Shown here: positions 37,111-49,208 of the stretch, piece after piece
How positions within the stretch are numbered: the stretch's first letter is position 1
Layout of the letters: each line of letters begins with the position of its first letter
Assembly: GCA_050695655.1 (NCBI GenBank)
Contig: JBOGTU010000264.1
Location: 35-64,034, forward strand
DNA from: Chloroflexota bacterium
GTDB taxonomy: Bacteria > Chloroflexota > JAJPGV01
Direction of reading: 5' to 3'
Length of the DNA stretch: 64,000 bases
Translations under genes and position numbers: made by a program
The notes under the pieces: model-generated
Told to the model about the DNA's origin: nothing
Database searches by the model: none
What the model saw: only the letters and a program-made list of their open reading frames with translations

Positions 37111-38007
37111 CTAGCGTAGGCCGCGCACAACCTCTGCCATGATCTGGCTGGCTTCGGTGGGATTGAGGGCGACGCGGGCGCCGGCGGCGCGCAGCGCGTC
37201 CATCTTGCCCTGCGCAGTGCCGCTGGACCCGGACACGATAGCGCCGGCGTGGCCCATTTTGCGGCCCGCCGGCGCGGTCACTCCGGCGATGTAGGCAACG
37301 ACTGGCTTGTCCATCTCGCGCTTGATAAATTCAGCCGCTTCCTCTTCGGCCGATCCGCCGATCTCGCCGATGAGCATCACCGCCTTCGTTTCCGGGTCCG
37401 CCTGGTAGGCGCGGAGGCAATCAATGAAGCTGGTGCCGGGCACGGGGTCACCGCCGATGCCCACACACGAGGTTTGGCCGATGCCCCGCTGCGTGAGCTC
37501 GTACAGCGCCTGGTAAGTGAGCGTTCCGGAGCGTGAGACGATGCCCACCGGCCCGCCCGGCGTGGCAATGTGCCCGGCGGTGATGCCGATGTTGCACTTG
37601 CCGGGCGAGATGAGCCCCGGGCAGTTCGGGCCCAGCAGCCGGGCAGCCGGAAAGTCCCGCCGCAGGCGGTTGTAGAAGCGGGCCTCGTCCTGCGCGGGCA
37701 CCCCTTCGCTGATGACGACGATCAGTTCGTAGCCGCTTTCGGCCGCCTCCATCACGGCTCCCTCCACGCCGGGCGCGGGTACGAACACGCACGTGGCTGT
37801 GGCGCCCGTGGCCGCCCGCGCACCGCCCGCGGTGGCGAAGATGGGAATGCCGTCGATTTCGGTGCCGGCGCGGCCGGGGTTGGTGCCACCCACCACCTGC
37901 GTGCCGTCGCCGCGATTGCGGCGGGCATATTCCGTGGCGTTGTTGCCCTGGCGCGTGGACATGCCCTGGTAGATGACCTTGGTGCTCTGGTCGACCCAGA
38001 TGCTCAC
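37111..38007 (-). CDS. sucD: succinate--CoA ligase [ADP/GDP-forming] subunit alpha
   Basis: 298 aa; CoA-binding region and phosphohistidine loop (...SRSGTLTYQA...MGHAGAIV...). Confidence 0.95.
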   Translation of the reverse strand: MSIWVDQSTKVIYQGMSTRQGNNATEYARRNRGDGTQVVGGTNPGRAGTEIDGIPIFATAGGARAATGATATCVFVPAPGVEGAVMEAAESGYELIVVISEGVPAQDEARFYNRLRRDFPAARLLGPNCPGLISPGKCNIGITAGHIATPGGPVGIVSRSGTLTYQALYELTQRGIGQTSCVGIGGDPVPGTSFIDCLRAYQADPETKAVMLIGEIGGSAEEEAAEFIKREMDKPVVAYIAGVTAPAGRKMGHAGAIVSGSSGTAQGKMDALRAAGARVALNPTEASQIMAEVVRGLR

Positions 38008-39152
38008 TGGGCCGCTCCCGCCAGCTCTACGGCCGTTCTCGCCGCTTCCACCATGGTGGGCCGCGAGATGAGCCGGTCAGTCTGATGCTGACTCAGGATG
38101 TCGCGGCCCTGCTCCGCGTTGGTGCCGTCGAGCCGGATGACGATCGGCGAACGCAGCGTCACGCGAGCCATGGCCTCCACAATGCCGTTAGCCACTTCCT
38201 GGCCCTGCGTGATGCCGCCAAAGATGTTGATGAAGATGGCGCGCACCTTGGGGTCGGCGTTGATCACCTCCAACGCATTGGCCATCACCGCCGCGCTGGC
38301 CCCGCCGCCAATGTCCAGGAAGTTGGCCGGCGTGCCGCCCACCTGGTTCACGACATCCAGCGTGCTCATGGCGAGCCCGGCGCCGTTGGCGATGATGCCT
38401 ACGCTCCCGTCCAGACCGACGTATTGCAGCCCCTTTTCGCGCGCCAGCTTCTCGCGCGGATCCAGCACCTGGGTGTCGCGATACTCGTCCCACTCGGGGT
38501 GGCGGAAGGCGGCGTTGTCGTCCAGCGTCACTTTCGCATCGAGCGCGTGCACCCGGCCATCCGGCGTGAGAATCAGCGGGTTGATCTCCACCAGGTCCGC
38601 GTCGCCCTCCACGAAGCAGCGGTACAGCTTGATCAGGATGTCCGCGGCGCCCGCCCGAGCCTCAGGATGCAGGCCAGCAGCGTCCACCAGGCCGCGAGCC
38701 ACTGCAGCCGACAGGCCTTGTACTGGGTCGATCTCCACCCTGGCGATGGCGGCCGGATCCTCCGCGGCCACCTGCTCTATCTCGACACCGCCCCTGGCAG
38801 ACACCATGCACAGGTGCTTCTTGGCGGATCGATCGAGTGTGAAGCTCGCATAGTATTCGTGCGCAATATCCGAGGCGTGCTCCACCCACAGGCGCGACAC
38901 GAGGTGGCCACGGATATCCATGCCCAGGATGTTGCCGGCATGGTGACGGACCTCCTGCTCGTTGGCGGCCAGCTGAATGCCGCCCGCCTTGCCCCGCCCG
39001 CCAACCTGAACCTGTGCTTTCAGCACCACGGGATAGCCCGCGGCCGCGGCGCGAGCCACCGCTTCATCCACCGTGTCGGCCACACCGCCCGGTGAGACGG
39101 GGATGCCGAAGCGCGCAAAGTACTGCTTACCCTGGTATTCGAACAGATCCAA
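38004..39152 (-). CDS. sucC: succinate--CoA ligase subunit beta
   Basis: TTG start at complement 39150-39152 gives (M)DLFEYQGKQYFARFGIPV with a GGGAGG SD 7 nt upstream. ATP-grasp region, then a ligase-CoA domain. 4-nt overlap with sucD. Confidence 0.93.
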   Translation of the reverse strand: MDLFEYQGKQYFARFGIPVSPGGVADTVDEAVARAAAAGYPVVLKAQVQVGGRGKAGGIQLAANEQEVRHHAGNILGMDIRGHLVSRLWVEHASDIAHEYYASFTLDRSAKKHLCMVSARGGVEIEQVAAEDPAAIARVEIDPVQGLSAAVARGLVDAAGLHPEARAGAADILIKLYRCFVEGDADLVEINPLILTPDGRVHALDAKVTLDDNAAFRHPEWDEYRDTQVLDPREKLAREKGLQYVGLDGSVGIIANGAGLAMSTLDVVNQVGGTPANFLDIGGGASAAVMANALEVINADPKVRAIFINIFGGITQGQEVANGIVEAMARVTLRSPIVIRLDGTNAEQGRDILSQHQTDRLISRPTMVEAARTAVELAGAAQ

Positions 39153-39260
39153 ACGTGATCCTCCCTGAACGCGAACCGCCCCAGGCGGTCCGCGTAGCGA
39201 GGGCTGAGCGCCCCCTACTGATCGGTCCCCCATTGTACCGCCGCGAGTGGGCTGAGACTA

Positions 39261-39917
39261 TCAGCCGACAGCGGGAGTGGAGGCCAGGCGCTGCCGCGCA
39301 TGGAGCCGGCGCCGCCACAGCAATCCTCCGCAGATCGCGAGCGCAAGGATGAGCGCGGCGCTCACAAACCAGGCGCGTCGGGTGAGCACAATGGCCAGGC
39401 CGAGGTGCTGCGCGGTAGCTCCAATGTAGAGGAAGAAGGCCACGCGCAGGCAGGTGGCGACCAGGGCCCACAGCAGGCAGGGCACTGGCGGCACGCGAAA
39501 CACGCCCGCCGCGGCCCCGGTGGGCACGCGCAGGCCGGGCGTGATGCGGCCCATGAGCACGGCCGGTGGTCCCAGGCGGACCAGCCGTGCCTCGGCGGCG
39601 TTCAGCTTGGCGTCGTTCAGGTGTAGGCGGGCACCCAGCCGGAGCAGCAGCCGGCGCCCGCCCACGCGGGCGACAGCATACAGGATGCCGCAGCCAATCG
39701 CCGACGCGGGCAGCACCGCGCCGAGCAACAGGCCAGTTGACATCTGGCCGCGAACGAGGCGCGCACCGGCCACTACCAGCAGCGACTCCACCGGCAGCGG
39801 CAGGATGCACCCGGCCTCCTCCAGCAGCACCAACACGAACAGCGTGAGGTAGCTGTGGGCCAGGAACAAGTGCAGGCAATCGTGCGAAGCGACGAGCAGC
39901 CAGCCGGGCAAAGCCAA
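39261..39917 (-). CDS. DedA/TVP38 family membrane protein
   Basis: 218 aa with multiple TM segments and DedA-type motifs (GRITPGLRVPTGAAAG). Confidence 0.75.
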   Translation of the reverse strand: MALPGWLLVASHDCLHLFLAHSYLTLFVLVLLEEAGCILPLPVESLLVVAGARLVRGQMSTGLLLGAVLPASAIGCGILYAVARVGGRRLLLRLGARLHLNDAKLNAAEARLVRLGPPAVLMGRITPGLRVPTGAAAGVFRVPPVPCLLWALVATCLRVAFFLYIGATAQHLGLAIVLTRRAWFVSAALILALAICGGLLWRRRLHARQRLASTPAVG

Positions 39918-39983
39918 GCCTCCTCTATGCTCTGCAGGGAGCTAGAGTTGAACCTGGGTCACTCTAGCGGCCCAACCAGCAGC

Positions 39984-41468
39984 ATGTCAATGATCAGCCA
40001 CACACTGGCCGGCGTCCTGGCGGCCGAAATCCAGGACCTGCCGTTGCTGACGCGGCTGGGAGAAACGTTCAGCGCCGCGAGCGAGCAGCTCTACCTGGTG
40101 GGGGGCTGCGTGCGCGACCTGCTCATGCGCCGCGCGGTGAACGACTATGACCTGGCCACCAGCGCCCATCCCGATCGCATCGTCAAGCTGCTGGGTTCCA
40201 CGCATCCCGAGGCGCTCTACACCATAGGCAAGCGTTTCGGTACGATCAGCGCCCGCTATCCGCTGGGCACTGTGGAAATCACCACCTTCCGGCGAGATCG
40301 CTACCTGCCGGGCGACCGACACCCCGAGGTGGAATTTGCCCCCGGCATCGAGGATGACCTTGTGCGGCGCGACCTCACCATCAACTCTATGGCGGCGGAT
40401 CTCGCCAGCGGAGACCTGATCGATCCGGCGGGCGGCGTGAGCGACCTGCGCCAGGGCATCATTCGGGTCACCGGCGACGCGCGGCAGCGCTTCGAGGAGG
40501 ATCCGTTGCGGCTGCTGCGCGTGGTGCGCTTTGCCGTGCAACTGGAGTTCGACTTGGCCTCTGGTTTGCGGCAGGAGCTGCTGGATTCGGCGTCGCTGCT
40601 GCAGCAGATCTCGCGCGAGCGCATCCGCGACGAGCTCAACAAGATTTTGCTCTCAGCGCAGCCGGGGCGCGGCCTACGGCTCATGGTGGACCTGGATCTC
40701 GCACGCTGGTTCTGCATCGACCTGCTGGACCTTAAGAACATCAACACGCCAGACGAAGCCAGCACCAACGCGGATGGCCGCATGCGTGTCCCGGCCGGTG
40801 CTCGCATGAAAAATCTGTTCGAGCACGTCATCCAGGTGGTGGACAATTCGCCGCCGCGGCTGGTGGCACGGCTGGCGGCGCTTTTCCACGACATCGCCAA
40901 GCCGCGCACCTTCAGCTTCAACAACGGCGAGGTGCACTTCTTTGGGCACGACACCGTGGGTGCGCGTATGACTCGCCGCATCCTGGCGGACCTGCGCTAC
41001 GACCAGGAGACCATCGAGCTGGTGAGCCGGTTGGTAGAGCTGCACATGCGCCAGGCGTCCAACACGGACGAGTGGAGCGAGCGTGCCGTGCGGCGCTTCG
41101 TGCACACCGTCGGCGTGGAGACGTTGGACCCGCTGCTCACGCTGGCACGGGCGGACATCACCAGCTCCAATCCGCGCCGGGTGCAAAAGCACCTGGGCCG
41201 GCTGGACCGGCTGATCGAGCGCTGCGACGAGTTGATTGCCGCCGAGGGAGCGGAGCAGGTGGTGAGCCCGTTGGATGGCAATGAGCTCATGATGCTGGCG
41301 GGCCGTGGGCCCGGACGCTGGATCCAGCCGATTAAGGAAGCTCTCTTAGAGATGGTGCTGGATGGTGAGCTCGCGCGGGACGACAAAGCCGGCGCGTGGG
41401 AGGCCGCGCGCCGCCTGGTGGCCGATCAGGAGCGGGCCGCGGATGCGCCTGGAGCTGTCCCCGGTTGA
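39984..41468 (+). CDS. cca: CCA tRNA nucleotidyltransferase (PolyA_pol head domain plus HD domain)
   Basis: GGCVRDLLM...DYDLAT nucleotidyltransferase motif, RDLTINSMA, and an HD domain (HDIAKP...H). Start at ATG 39984 to avoid the divergent DedA gene. Confidence 0.85.
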   Translation: MSMISHTLAGVLAAEIQDLPLLTRLGETFSAASEQLYLVGGCVRDLLMRRAVNDYDLATSAHPDRIVKLLGSTHPEALYTIGKRFGTISARYPLGTVEITTFRRDRYLPGDRHPEVEFAPGIEDDLVRRDLTINSMAADLASGDLIDPAGGVSDLRQGIIRVTGDARQRFEEDPLRLLRVVRFAVQLEFDLASGLRQELLDSASLLQQISRERIRDELNKILLSAQPGRGLRLMVDLDLARWFCIDLLDLKNINTPDEASTNADGRMRVPAGARMKNLFEHVIQVVDNSPPRLVARLAALFHDIAKPRTFSFNNGEVHFFGHDTVGARMTRRILADLRYDQETIELVSRLVELHMRQASNTDEWSERAVRRFVHTVGVETLDPLLTLARADITSSNPRRVQKHLGRLDRLIERCDELIAAEGAEQVVSPLDGNELMMLAGRGPGRWIQPIKEALLEMVLDGELARDDKAGAWEAARRLVADQERAADAPGAVPG

Positions 41469-42780
41469 CCCGGCTGGGCCAGGGCTGCCAGTGAGGCAGC
41501 GCCTCAGCCGCGCCGCGGGCCGGGCCCTGGCGCAGATCGATCGCCTCATCCGGCGCACCGCCGGGCGGCCGCTCAACCCCGATCCACTCATCCGAGTGAC
41601 AGGTGTGCGCCTCTTCCTGCGCGGCTACTATGCTGCCTTCATTGATGCGCACGGCATGCGCTTCTCGGATGTGGATGAGGTGCTGGGGGGCATCCGCAGC
41701 TCGCGGCCGGCCGCCTGGGTCAGCGCATGGAGCAGCCGGGCTGATCATTACCAGTGCCTGGCTCGCCTAGCGGAACAGGAGGGGCGTGGGGAGACCGCGG
41801 CAGAGCTCTCGTTTACAGCGTCCACCGCGTACCGCCTGGCGGAGATGGCCTTACCATACGATTCTGATCCGCGCAGGGCCTTAACAAAGCGCATGGTGGA
41901 GAGCTTTCGCCTGGGCGGACGCTTCAGTGAGCCACCGCTGCGCTGCGTGCGCATTCCGGTGGGAAACGTGCAGGTGCCAGCGTATCTGCGCGTCCCCAGC
42001 GGCCTCACACCGCCGCCAGCCGTGGTAGTGGTGCCGGGCCTGGGCATGCTGAAGGAGCACGGCGACTTTCCGCCGGAGCCACTGCTGCGGCGAGGCCTGG
42101 CCACGCTGGTGGTGGATCTGCCGGGGCAAGGGGAAAGCCACGGTCAGCTGCCTATGACGCGCCAGTGCGCCGAGGAGCTCATTCGGGCGGCACTGACGTA
42201 CCTGGAGGCGTGCCCTGCTGTGGATGGTTCGCGGCTGGGACTGCTGGGCACCAGCATGGGCGCCACGGCCTGCATGTTCGCCGCCGCGGATGACGCGCGA
42301 GTGAAGGCCATAGTTGAGCTCTCGGGCTTCTTTTACCCCGCGAGCTGGTGGGACTACTTCTTAGCCGATGGCATTAAGGAGTTCCTGCGCCAGGTGTCCG
42401 GCGCGCGAGACGAACAGGAGCTGCGGGCACTGGTCCGCTCGATTAACCTCAGCGGCCAGGTGGGGCGTATCAACTGCCCGCTGCTGGTGGTGCACGGAGC
42501 AAGGGACGGCATTGTGCCCATCAGCGAGGCTCGGCGCATCTTCGCCGATGCACACCAGCCCAAAGAGGAGCTTATCTTCCCCACAGGTGACCACGGCTGC
42601 GTGAATGTAGGAGAGGCGCGGCCGCTCATCGCGGACTGGCTCGCGGCCAAACTCGGCCATCCGCTTGACTGCTTCGGGTATAATCCCGCGAGGTCTGCTG
42701 AGAGTGCGACCAATACGCAACAAGGGGAAGGACAGCCTTGGAAGCTTACTGCGTCAAGTGCAAGGCCAAGCGCGACATGA
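41443..42780 (+). CDS. alpha/beta hydrolase (dienelactone hydrolase/peptidase S9-like)
   Basis: GTSMGAT nucleophile elbow, Asp and His (GDHG) triad. 26-nt overlap with cca. The C-terminal about 25 aa of the ORF may be non-genuine, since it overlaps the small zinc-ribbon gene. Confidence 0.75.
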   Translation: MRLELSPVDPAGPGLPVRQRLSRAAGRALAQIDRLIRRTAGRPLNPDPLIRVTGVRLFLRGYYAAFIDAHGMRFSDVDEVLGGIRSSRPAAWVSAWSSRADHYQCLARLAEQEGRGETAAELSFTASTAYRLAEMALPYDSDPRRALTKRMVESFRLGGRFSEPPLRCVRIPVGNVQVPAYLRVPSGLTPPPAVVVVPGLGMLKEHGDFPPEPLLRRGLATLVVDLPGQGESHGQLPMTRQCAEELIRAALTYLEACPAVDGSRLGLLGTSMGATACMFAAADDARVKAIVELSGFFYPASWWDYFLADGIKEFLRQVSGARDEQELRALVRSINLSGQVGRINCPLLVVHGARDGIVPISEARRIFADAHQPKEELIFPTGDHGCVNVGEARPLIADWLAAKLGHPLDCFGYNPARSAESATNTQQGEGQPWKLTASSARPSAT

Positions 42781-42881
42781 AGGACTCGAAGGCCGTGACC
42801 ATGAAGAACGGCAAGCCGGCCACCGAAGGTGTGTGCCCCACATGTGGGACCAAAATGTTCAAGATCGGCAAGGCCGCCTAA
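42738..42881 (+). CDS. small Cys4 zinc-ribbon protein (DUF5679-like), 47 aa
   Basis: TTG start with an AGGGGAAGG SD 7 nt upstream. (M)EAYCVKCKAKRDMKDSKAVTMKNGKPATEGVCPTCGTKMFKIGKAA has two CxxC pairs. Too short for the ORF track. Confidence 0.6.
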   Translation: MEAYCVKCKAKRDMKDSKAVTMKNGKPATEGVCPTCGTKMFKIGKAA

Positions 42882-43039
42882 GAGTCGCCAGGCTGGATGG
42901 GGCGCTGGGTTGGGCGCGCCAGGAGGCGAGGGAGGCCATCGCGCGCCGGGGCGCGATAGGCCTCTTCTTCTTATATGAAAGATCTCTCCGGTATGAATGA
43001 TCCCTCCGGCGGTCGCTCTTTCGTGATCGGGCCAGGCTT

Positions 43040-43876
43040 CTAGCGGCGCAGGTAGCAGGCAGCAACAGCGCCCGGCCCGCAGTGCGTGCCGATCACCGCC
43101 CCAACCGGCAGCACTTCCACATCGCCGTGCAGGGGTCGCAGCTGCGCCGCCAGCTCGTCCGCCAAACCGGAGTTGCCGGCGTGCAGCACAGCCAGGTGGC
43201 GGAAAGGCGCGTCGCGACTGGCGAGCGCTACCAGGCGCTCCAGGCCCTTGCGCAGCGTGCGGCGGCGGTCCACCGCGGCTACGACGCCGGCTCGAATGGA
43301 GATCACCGGCTTAATCTGCAGCATGCCCGCCATGAGCGCTTGCGCCATATTGATGCGGCCGCTGCGCTGGGCGAAGCGCAGCGTATCCAGCAGGGCGTAG
43401 AAGCCGGTACCCAGCGTATCCACACTGATCTCCCGCGCCACCTCGGCGGCACTGGCGCCCTGCTTCGCCACCTCGGCCGCGGCCTGAACAATGCAGCCCA
43501 GCGACATGGATACTGTGCCCGAGTCATAGACCCGGATGTCTCGCTTGTGCAGTTGTGCCGCTGCCGCCAGCGCGCTGGCATAGGTGCCGCTCAGTTTGGA
43601 AGAGATGTGAATGGAGAGGATCGTTTCGGCTGTAATTCCATCGTAAACGGCCTGAAACTGGGTGACTGAGGGCTGCGAAGTGGTTGGGACTTCGGGCGCT
43701 TGCGCAGCGCGGCGGAAGAACTCGGCCTGGTCCAGTTCACCGTCCGTGTAGCTCACGCCGTCGATCAGCACGGTGAGCGGTACCACCGCGATGCCCAGGC
43801 GCAGCGTCCGCTCCGGTGGCAAATCGGCCGTGCTGTCCGTGACGATGGCCACGCGCTGGGATGCCGGCGCGCTCAT
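43040..43876 (-). CDS. DegV family fatty-acid-binding protein
   Basis: VAIVTDSTADLP N-terminus; 278 aa. Confidence 0.85.
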   Translation of the reverse strand: MSAPASQRVAIVTDSTADLPPERTLRLGIAVVPLTVLIDGVSYTDGELDQAEFFRRAAQAPEVPTTSQPSVTQFQAVYDGITAETILSIHISSKLSGTYASALAAAAQLHKRDIRVYDSGTVSMSLGCIVQAAAEVAKQGASAAEVAREISVDTLGTGFYALLDTLRFAQRSGRINMAQALMAGMLQIKPVISIRAGVVAAVDRRRTLRKGLERLVALASRDAPFRHLAVLHAGNSGLADELAAQLRPLHGDVEVLPVGAVIGTHCGPGAVAACYLRR

Positions 43877-44154
43877 ACGGTGGCGAGCTGGTTGATGCGA
43901 CCTGCGAGAGCAAGGTCACGATCGGTGATGCCGCCCTCGGAGTGCGTGTGCAGCGCGAAGCGTACGCGGTTGTAGCGCAGGTCGATGTCGGGATGGTGGT
44001 CGGCTGCCTGTGCCGCCTCGGCGACGGTGTCGATCAGTGCTACCGCGGCGAGGAAGCCCGCGCACTCCACCGTGCGCACAATGTCTCGCCCATCGTAGTC
44101 CCAGCCAGGCAGGGCCGCGAGGCGCGCGCGAACATCGGCGTCGGCGTAGGTCAT
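43873..44154 (-). CDS. 4a-hydroxytetrahydrobiopterin dehydratase (PCD/DCoH)
   Basis: ...LPGWDYDGRDIVRTVECAGFLAAVALIDTVAEAAQAADHHPDIDLRYNRVRFALHTHSEGGIT carries PCD motifs; start at MTYADAD. Confidence 0.8.
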   Translation of the reverse strand: MTYADADVRARLAALPGWDYDGRDIVRTVECAGFLAAVALIDTVAEAAQAADHHPDIDLRYNRVRFALHTHSEGGITDRDLALAGRINQLATV

Positions 44155-44753
44155 GCGGAGGCCGGCAGGTGGTGGCCGTTGGAGCGGAAATGGTCGTGCG
44201 ATCCAACGTCCATGGGCCGGCCGCACAGCGGGCAGCGGTCGCGACCCGCGGCGACCAGGGCGAACACCGCCTGGCCAAAGGCCTGCAGCTGCGGCCGGTT
44301 CACCAGGCAGCTGAAGGCTGGCCCCGCGTCCTGCGCGCCGGCCACATCGTGGGCCAGGATCATGAACAGCCGCCGCTGCTCCTCGTAGCCGAGGGCCAGC
44401 TGGCCCACCTGAAATTCCAGGTTCGGGCGCAGATCGAATGAAAGCGGACCCTCGCGCGGCGGGTGATCAGGGTCTTCGTAGTCGGCTGGCGTGCTGGACA
44501 CGTCCTGCAGCAGCTTCTGGATTGCCAGGGCCATAGCCTGCAGCTGCTCCCGCTCCACCCACAGGTTGGCCAGCTCGTGGTCGTTGCGGGCGAGGATGCG
44601 AAAGCGCCTGTTGCCGGGCTGCCCTACCGCGTCCGCCAGGATGCCGCTGGCTCGGCCCAGCTCATAGGTTTCTTCTGCCAAGGCGCCTCCGCGAGGATGG
44701 GTGGTGGAGTGGGGTTCCGAAGCAGTATACGGCCTTGCTAGAGTGGGCTCCAT
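44151..44753 (-). CDS. DUF3090 family protein
   Basis: C-terminal CPLCGRPMDVGSHDHFRSNGH is diagnostic of DUF3090. Confidence 0.7.
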   Translation of the reverse strand: MEPTLARPYTASEPHSTTHPRGGALAEETYELGRASGILADAVGQPGNRRFRILARNDHELANLWVEREQLQAMALAIQKLLQDVSSTPADYEDPDHPPREGPLSFDLRPNLEFQVGQLALGYEEQRRLFMILAHDVAGAQDAGPAFSCLVNRPQLQAFGQAVFALVAAGRDRCPLCGRPMDVGSHDHFRSNGHHLPASA

Positions 44754-45162
44754 GGACGAAGAGCAGGCGCGGGCTTACGCGCGGCGCAACCACCGGGGTG
44801 TTCTGGCGACGATCCGGAAAGACGGCCGGCCTCAACTTTCCAGCGTGGCCTACCTCCTGGATGATGACGGGCGAATCAAGATCTCGGTAACGGAAGATCG
44901 CGCCAAAACCAGGAACCTGCGCCGCGATCCGCGGGCCAGCCTGCAGTGCCTGGATGACGCGAACTGGTTCAGCTACGTGGTGTTGGAGGGTGCCGCGTCA
45001 TTCATCGAAGGGGAAGCGGCATTGCCTGCTCTGCGGCACGTGTATCGGGCCATTCGGGGGGCCGACCACCCCAACTGGCAGGAGTTCGATGCCGCCATGC
45101 GCAGCGAGCGCCGCGTGCTGCTGGTCATCCAGCCGGAGCGGCTGTACGGCATGGTTCGATAG
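44752..45162 (+). CDS. pyridoxamine 5'-phosphate oxidase family protein (F420-dependent PPOX class)
   Basis: RRNHRGVLATIRKDGRPQLSSVAYLLDDDGRIKISVTEDRAKTRNLRRDPRASL. Confidence 0.75.
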   Translation: MDEEQARAYARRNHRGVLATIRKDGRPQLSSVAYLLDDDGRIKISVTEDRAKTRNLRRDPRASLQCLDDANWFSYVVLEGAASFIEGEAALPALRHVYRAIRGADHPNWQEFDAAMRSERRVLLVIQPERLYGMVR

Positions 45163-45167
45163 CGGGC

Positions 45168-47979
<2,812 letters not shown>

Positions 47980-48127
47980 TGCCCCGGCAGTGAGGGGCGC
48001 AGCCGGTTTTCGCGGCTCGCTGCCCCCTCGCCCCGGCCAGCCGCGGCACCACATCCGAGAGCAAGCTCTGGTATTTCCGGGTGATAGCTTGTGCCCCGGC
48101 CGCGCGCCCTTTACGCTGTACGCCAGG

Positions 48128-49204
48128 ATGCAAGGGGGCATAGATTTCCGGCGGGGCTACGGGCACCGGTGGCGAGCGGCTGGCCCCGCGCTGGCGGCAC
48201 GCGGTTGGGCCGCGCGGCGGCTGGGCGCAGCCGCCCTGGGTGCGCTGCTGGCGCTGCTGGCGCCGGCGGCGGCACTCGCGGCGCCCTACTGGGCCGTGCT
48301 GGGCGATTCGCCACAGGCGCAATCTATCCAGCACCTGTTCTGGATCGTCATCGGCGTGGCATTCGTGTTTTTGTTCGGCATCGAGGGCACGCTGCTGTAT
48401 GTGGTGTTCCGCTTTCGAGCGCGCCCAGGCGACGAGGGCGAAGCGCCGCAGGTGTACGGCAACCGGCGGCTGGAGGTGTGGTGGACCATCGTCCCGGCGT
48501 TGATCCTCGTGGTCATGTTCATTTTCACCGTGCGCGCGGTGGGCGAGGAAACGGCCGTGGCGCCTAATGCGCTGCCCGTGACGGTCATTGGCCACCAGTG
48601 GTGGTGGGAGTTCCGCTATCCCACCCTGGGCGTGGTGACGGCAAACGAGCTCCACGTGCCGGTAGGGCGCTCCATTGCCTTTACGCTGCAATCGGCGGAC
48701 GTGGTGCATAGCTTCTGGTTTCCACTGCTGGGCGGCAAGGAGCAGCTCATTCCCGGCCAAAGCAATCGCTGGACCTTCACGGTGGACAAGGCCGGCAACT
48801 ACGATGGCGCCTGCTCCGAATACTGCGGCGGCGCACATGCCTGGATGCGCTTAACGTTGGTAGCCGATGCGCCGGCGCAGTTCGATGCCTGGGCAAAGGC
48901 GCAGGCCGCCCCCGCGGCCAGCACGGCCACCTCGAAGCAGGCGCTGCAGGTGTTCACGCAGAACGCCTGCTCGCAGTGCCACGCCATTCGGGGCACCACC
49001 GCCAACGGCGCCGTAGCGCCGGACCTCACGCATGTGGGCAGCAGAACCACGCTGGGTGGGGGCGTGTTGGCGAACAACGCGGGCGACATGGCGCGCTGGC
49101 TGCAGAACCCCCAGGCAGTGAAGCCGGGCGTCCTCATGCCCGACCTGCACCTGAGCGCGGACGATCTGAGCACGTTGACCGCGTATCTGGAAGGGTTGCG
49201 GTAG
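48128..49204 (+). CDS. ctaC: cytochrome c oxidase subunit II with C-terminal cytochrome c domain (caa3-type)
   Basis: CuA motif H...CSEYCGGAHAWM and heme-c site CSQCH. Start at MQGGIDF; the upstream ORF part is P/R-rich. Confidence 0.9.
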   Translation: MQGGIDFRRGYGHRWRAAGPALAARGWAARRLGAAALGALLALLAPAAALAAPYWAVLGDSPQAQSIQHLFWIVIGVAFVFLFGIEGTLLYVVFRFRARPGDEGEAPQVYGNRRLEVWWTIVPALILVVMFIFTVRAVGEETAVAPNALPVTVIGHQWWWEFRYPTLGVVTANELHVPVGRSIAFTLQSADVVHSFWFPLLGGKEQLIPGQSNRWTFTVDKAGNYDGACSEYCGGAHAWMRLTLVADAPAQFDAWAKAQAAPAASTATSKQALQVFTQNACSQCHAIRGTTANGAVAPDLTHVGSRTTLGGGVLANNAGDMARWLQNPQAVKPGVLMPDLHLSADDLSTLTAYLEGLR

Positions 49205-49208
49205 CGCC

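Noticed and set aside
43082-43669. 195-aa plus ORF antisense to the DegV gene
   Set aside because: Antisense artefact; DegV homology is unambiguous.
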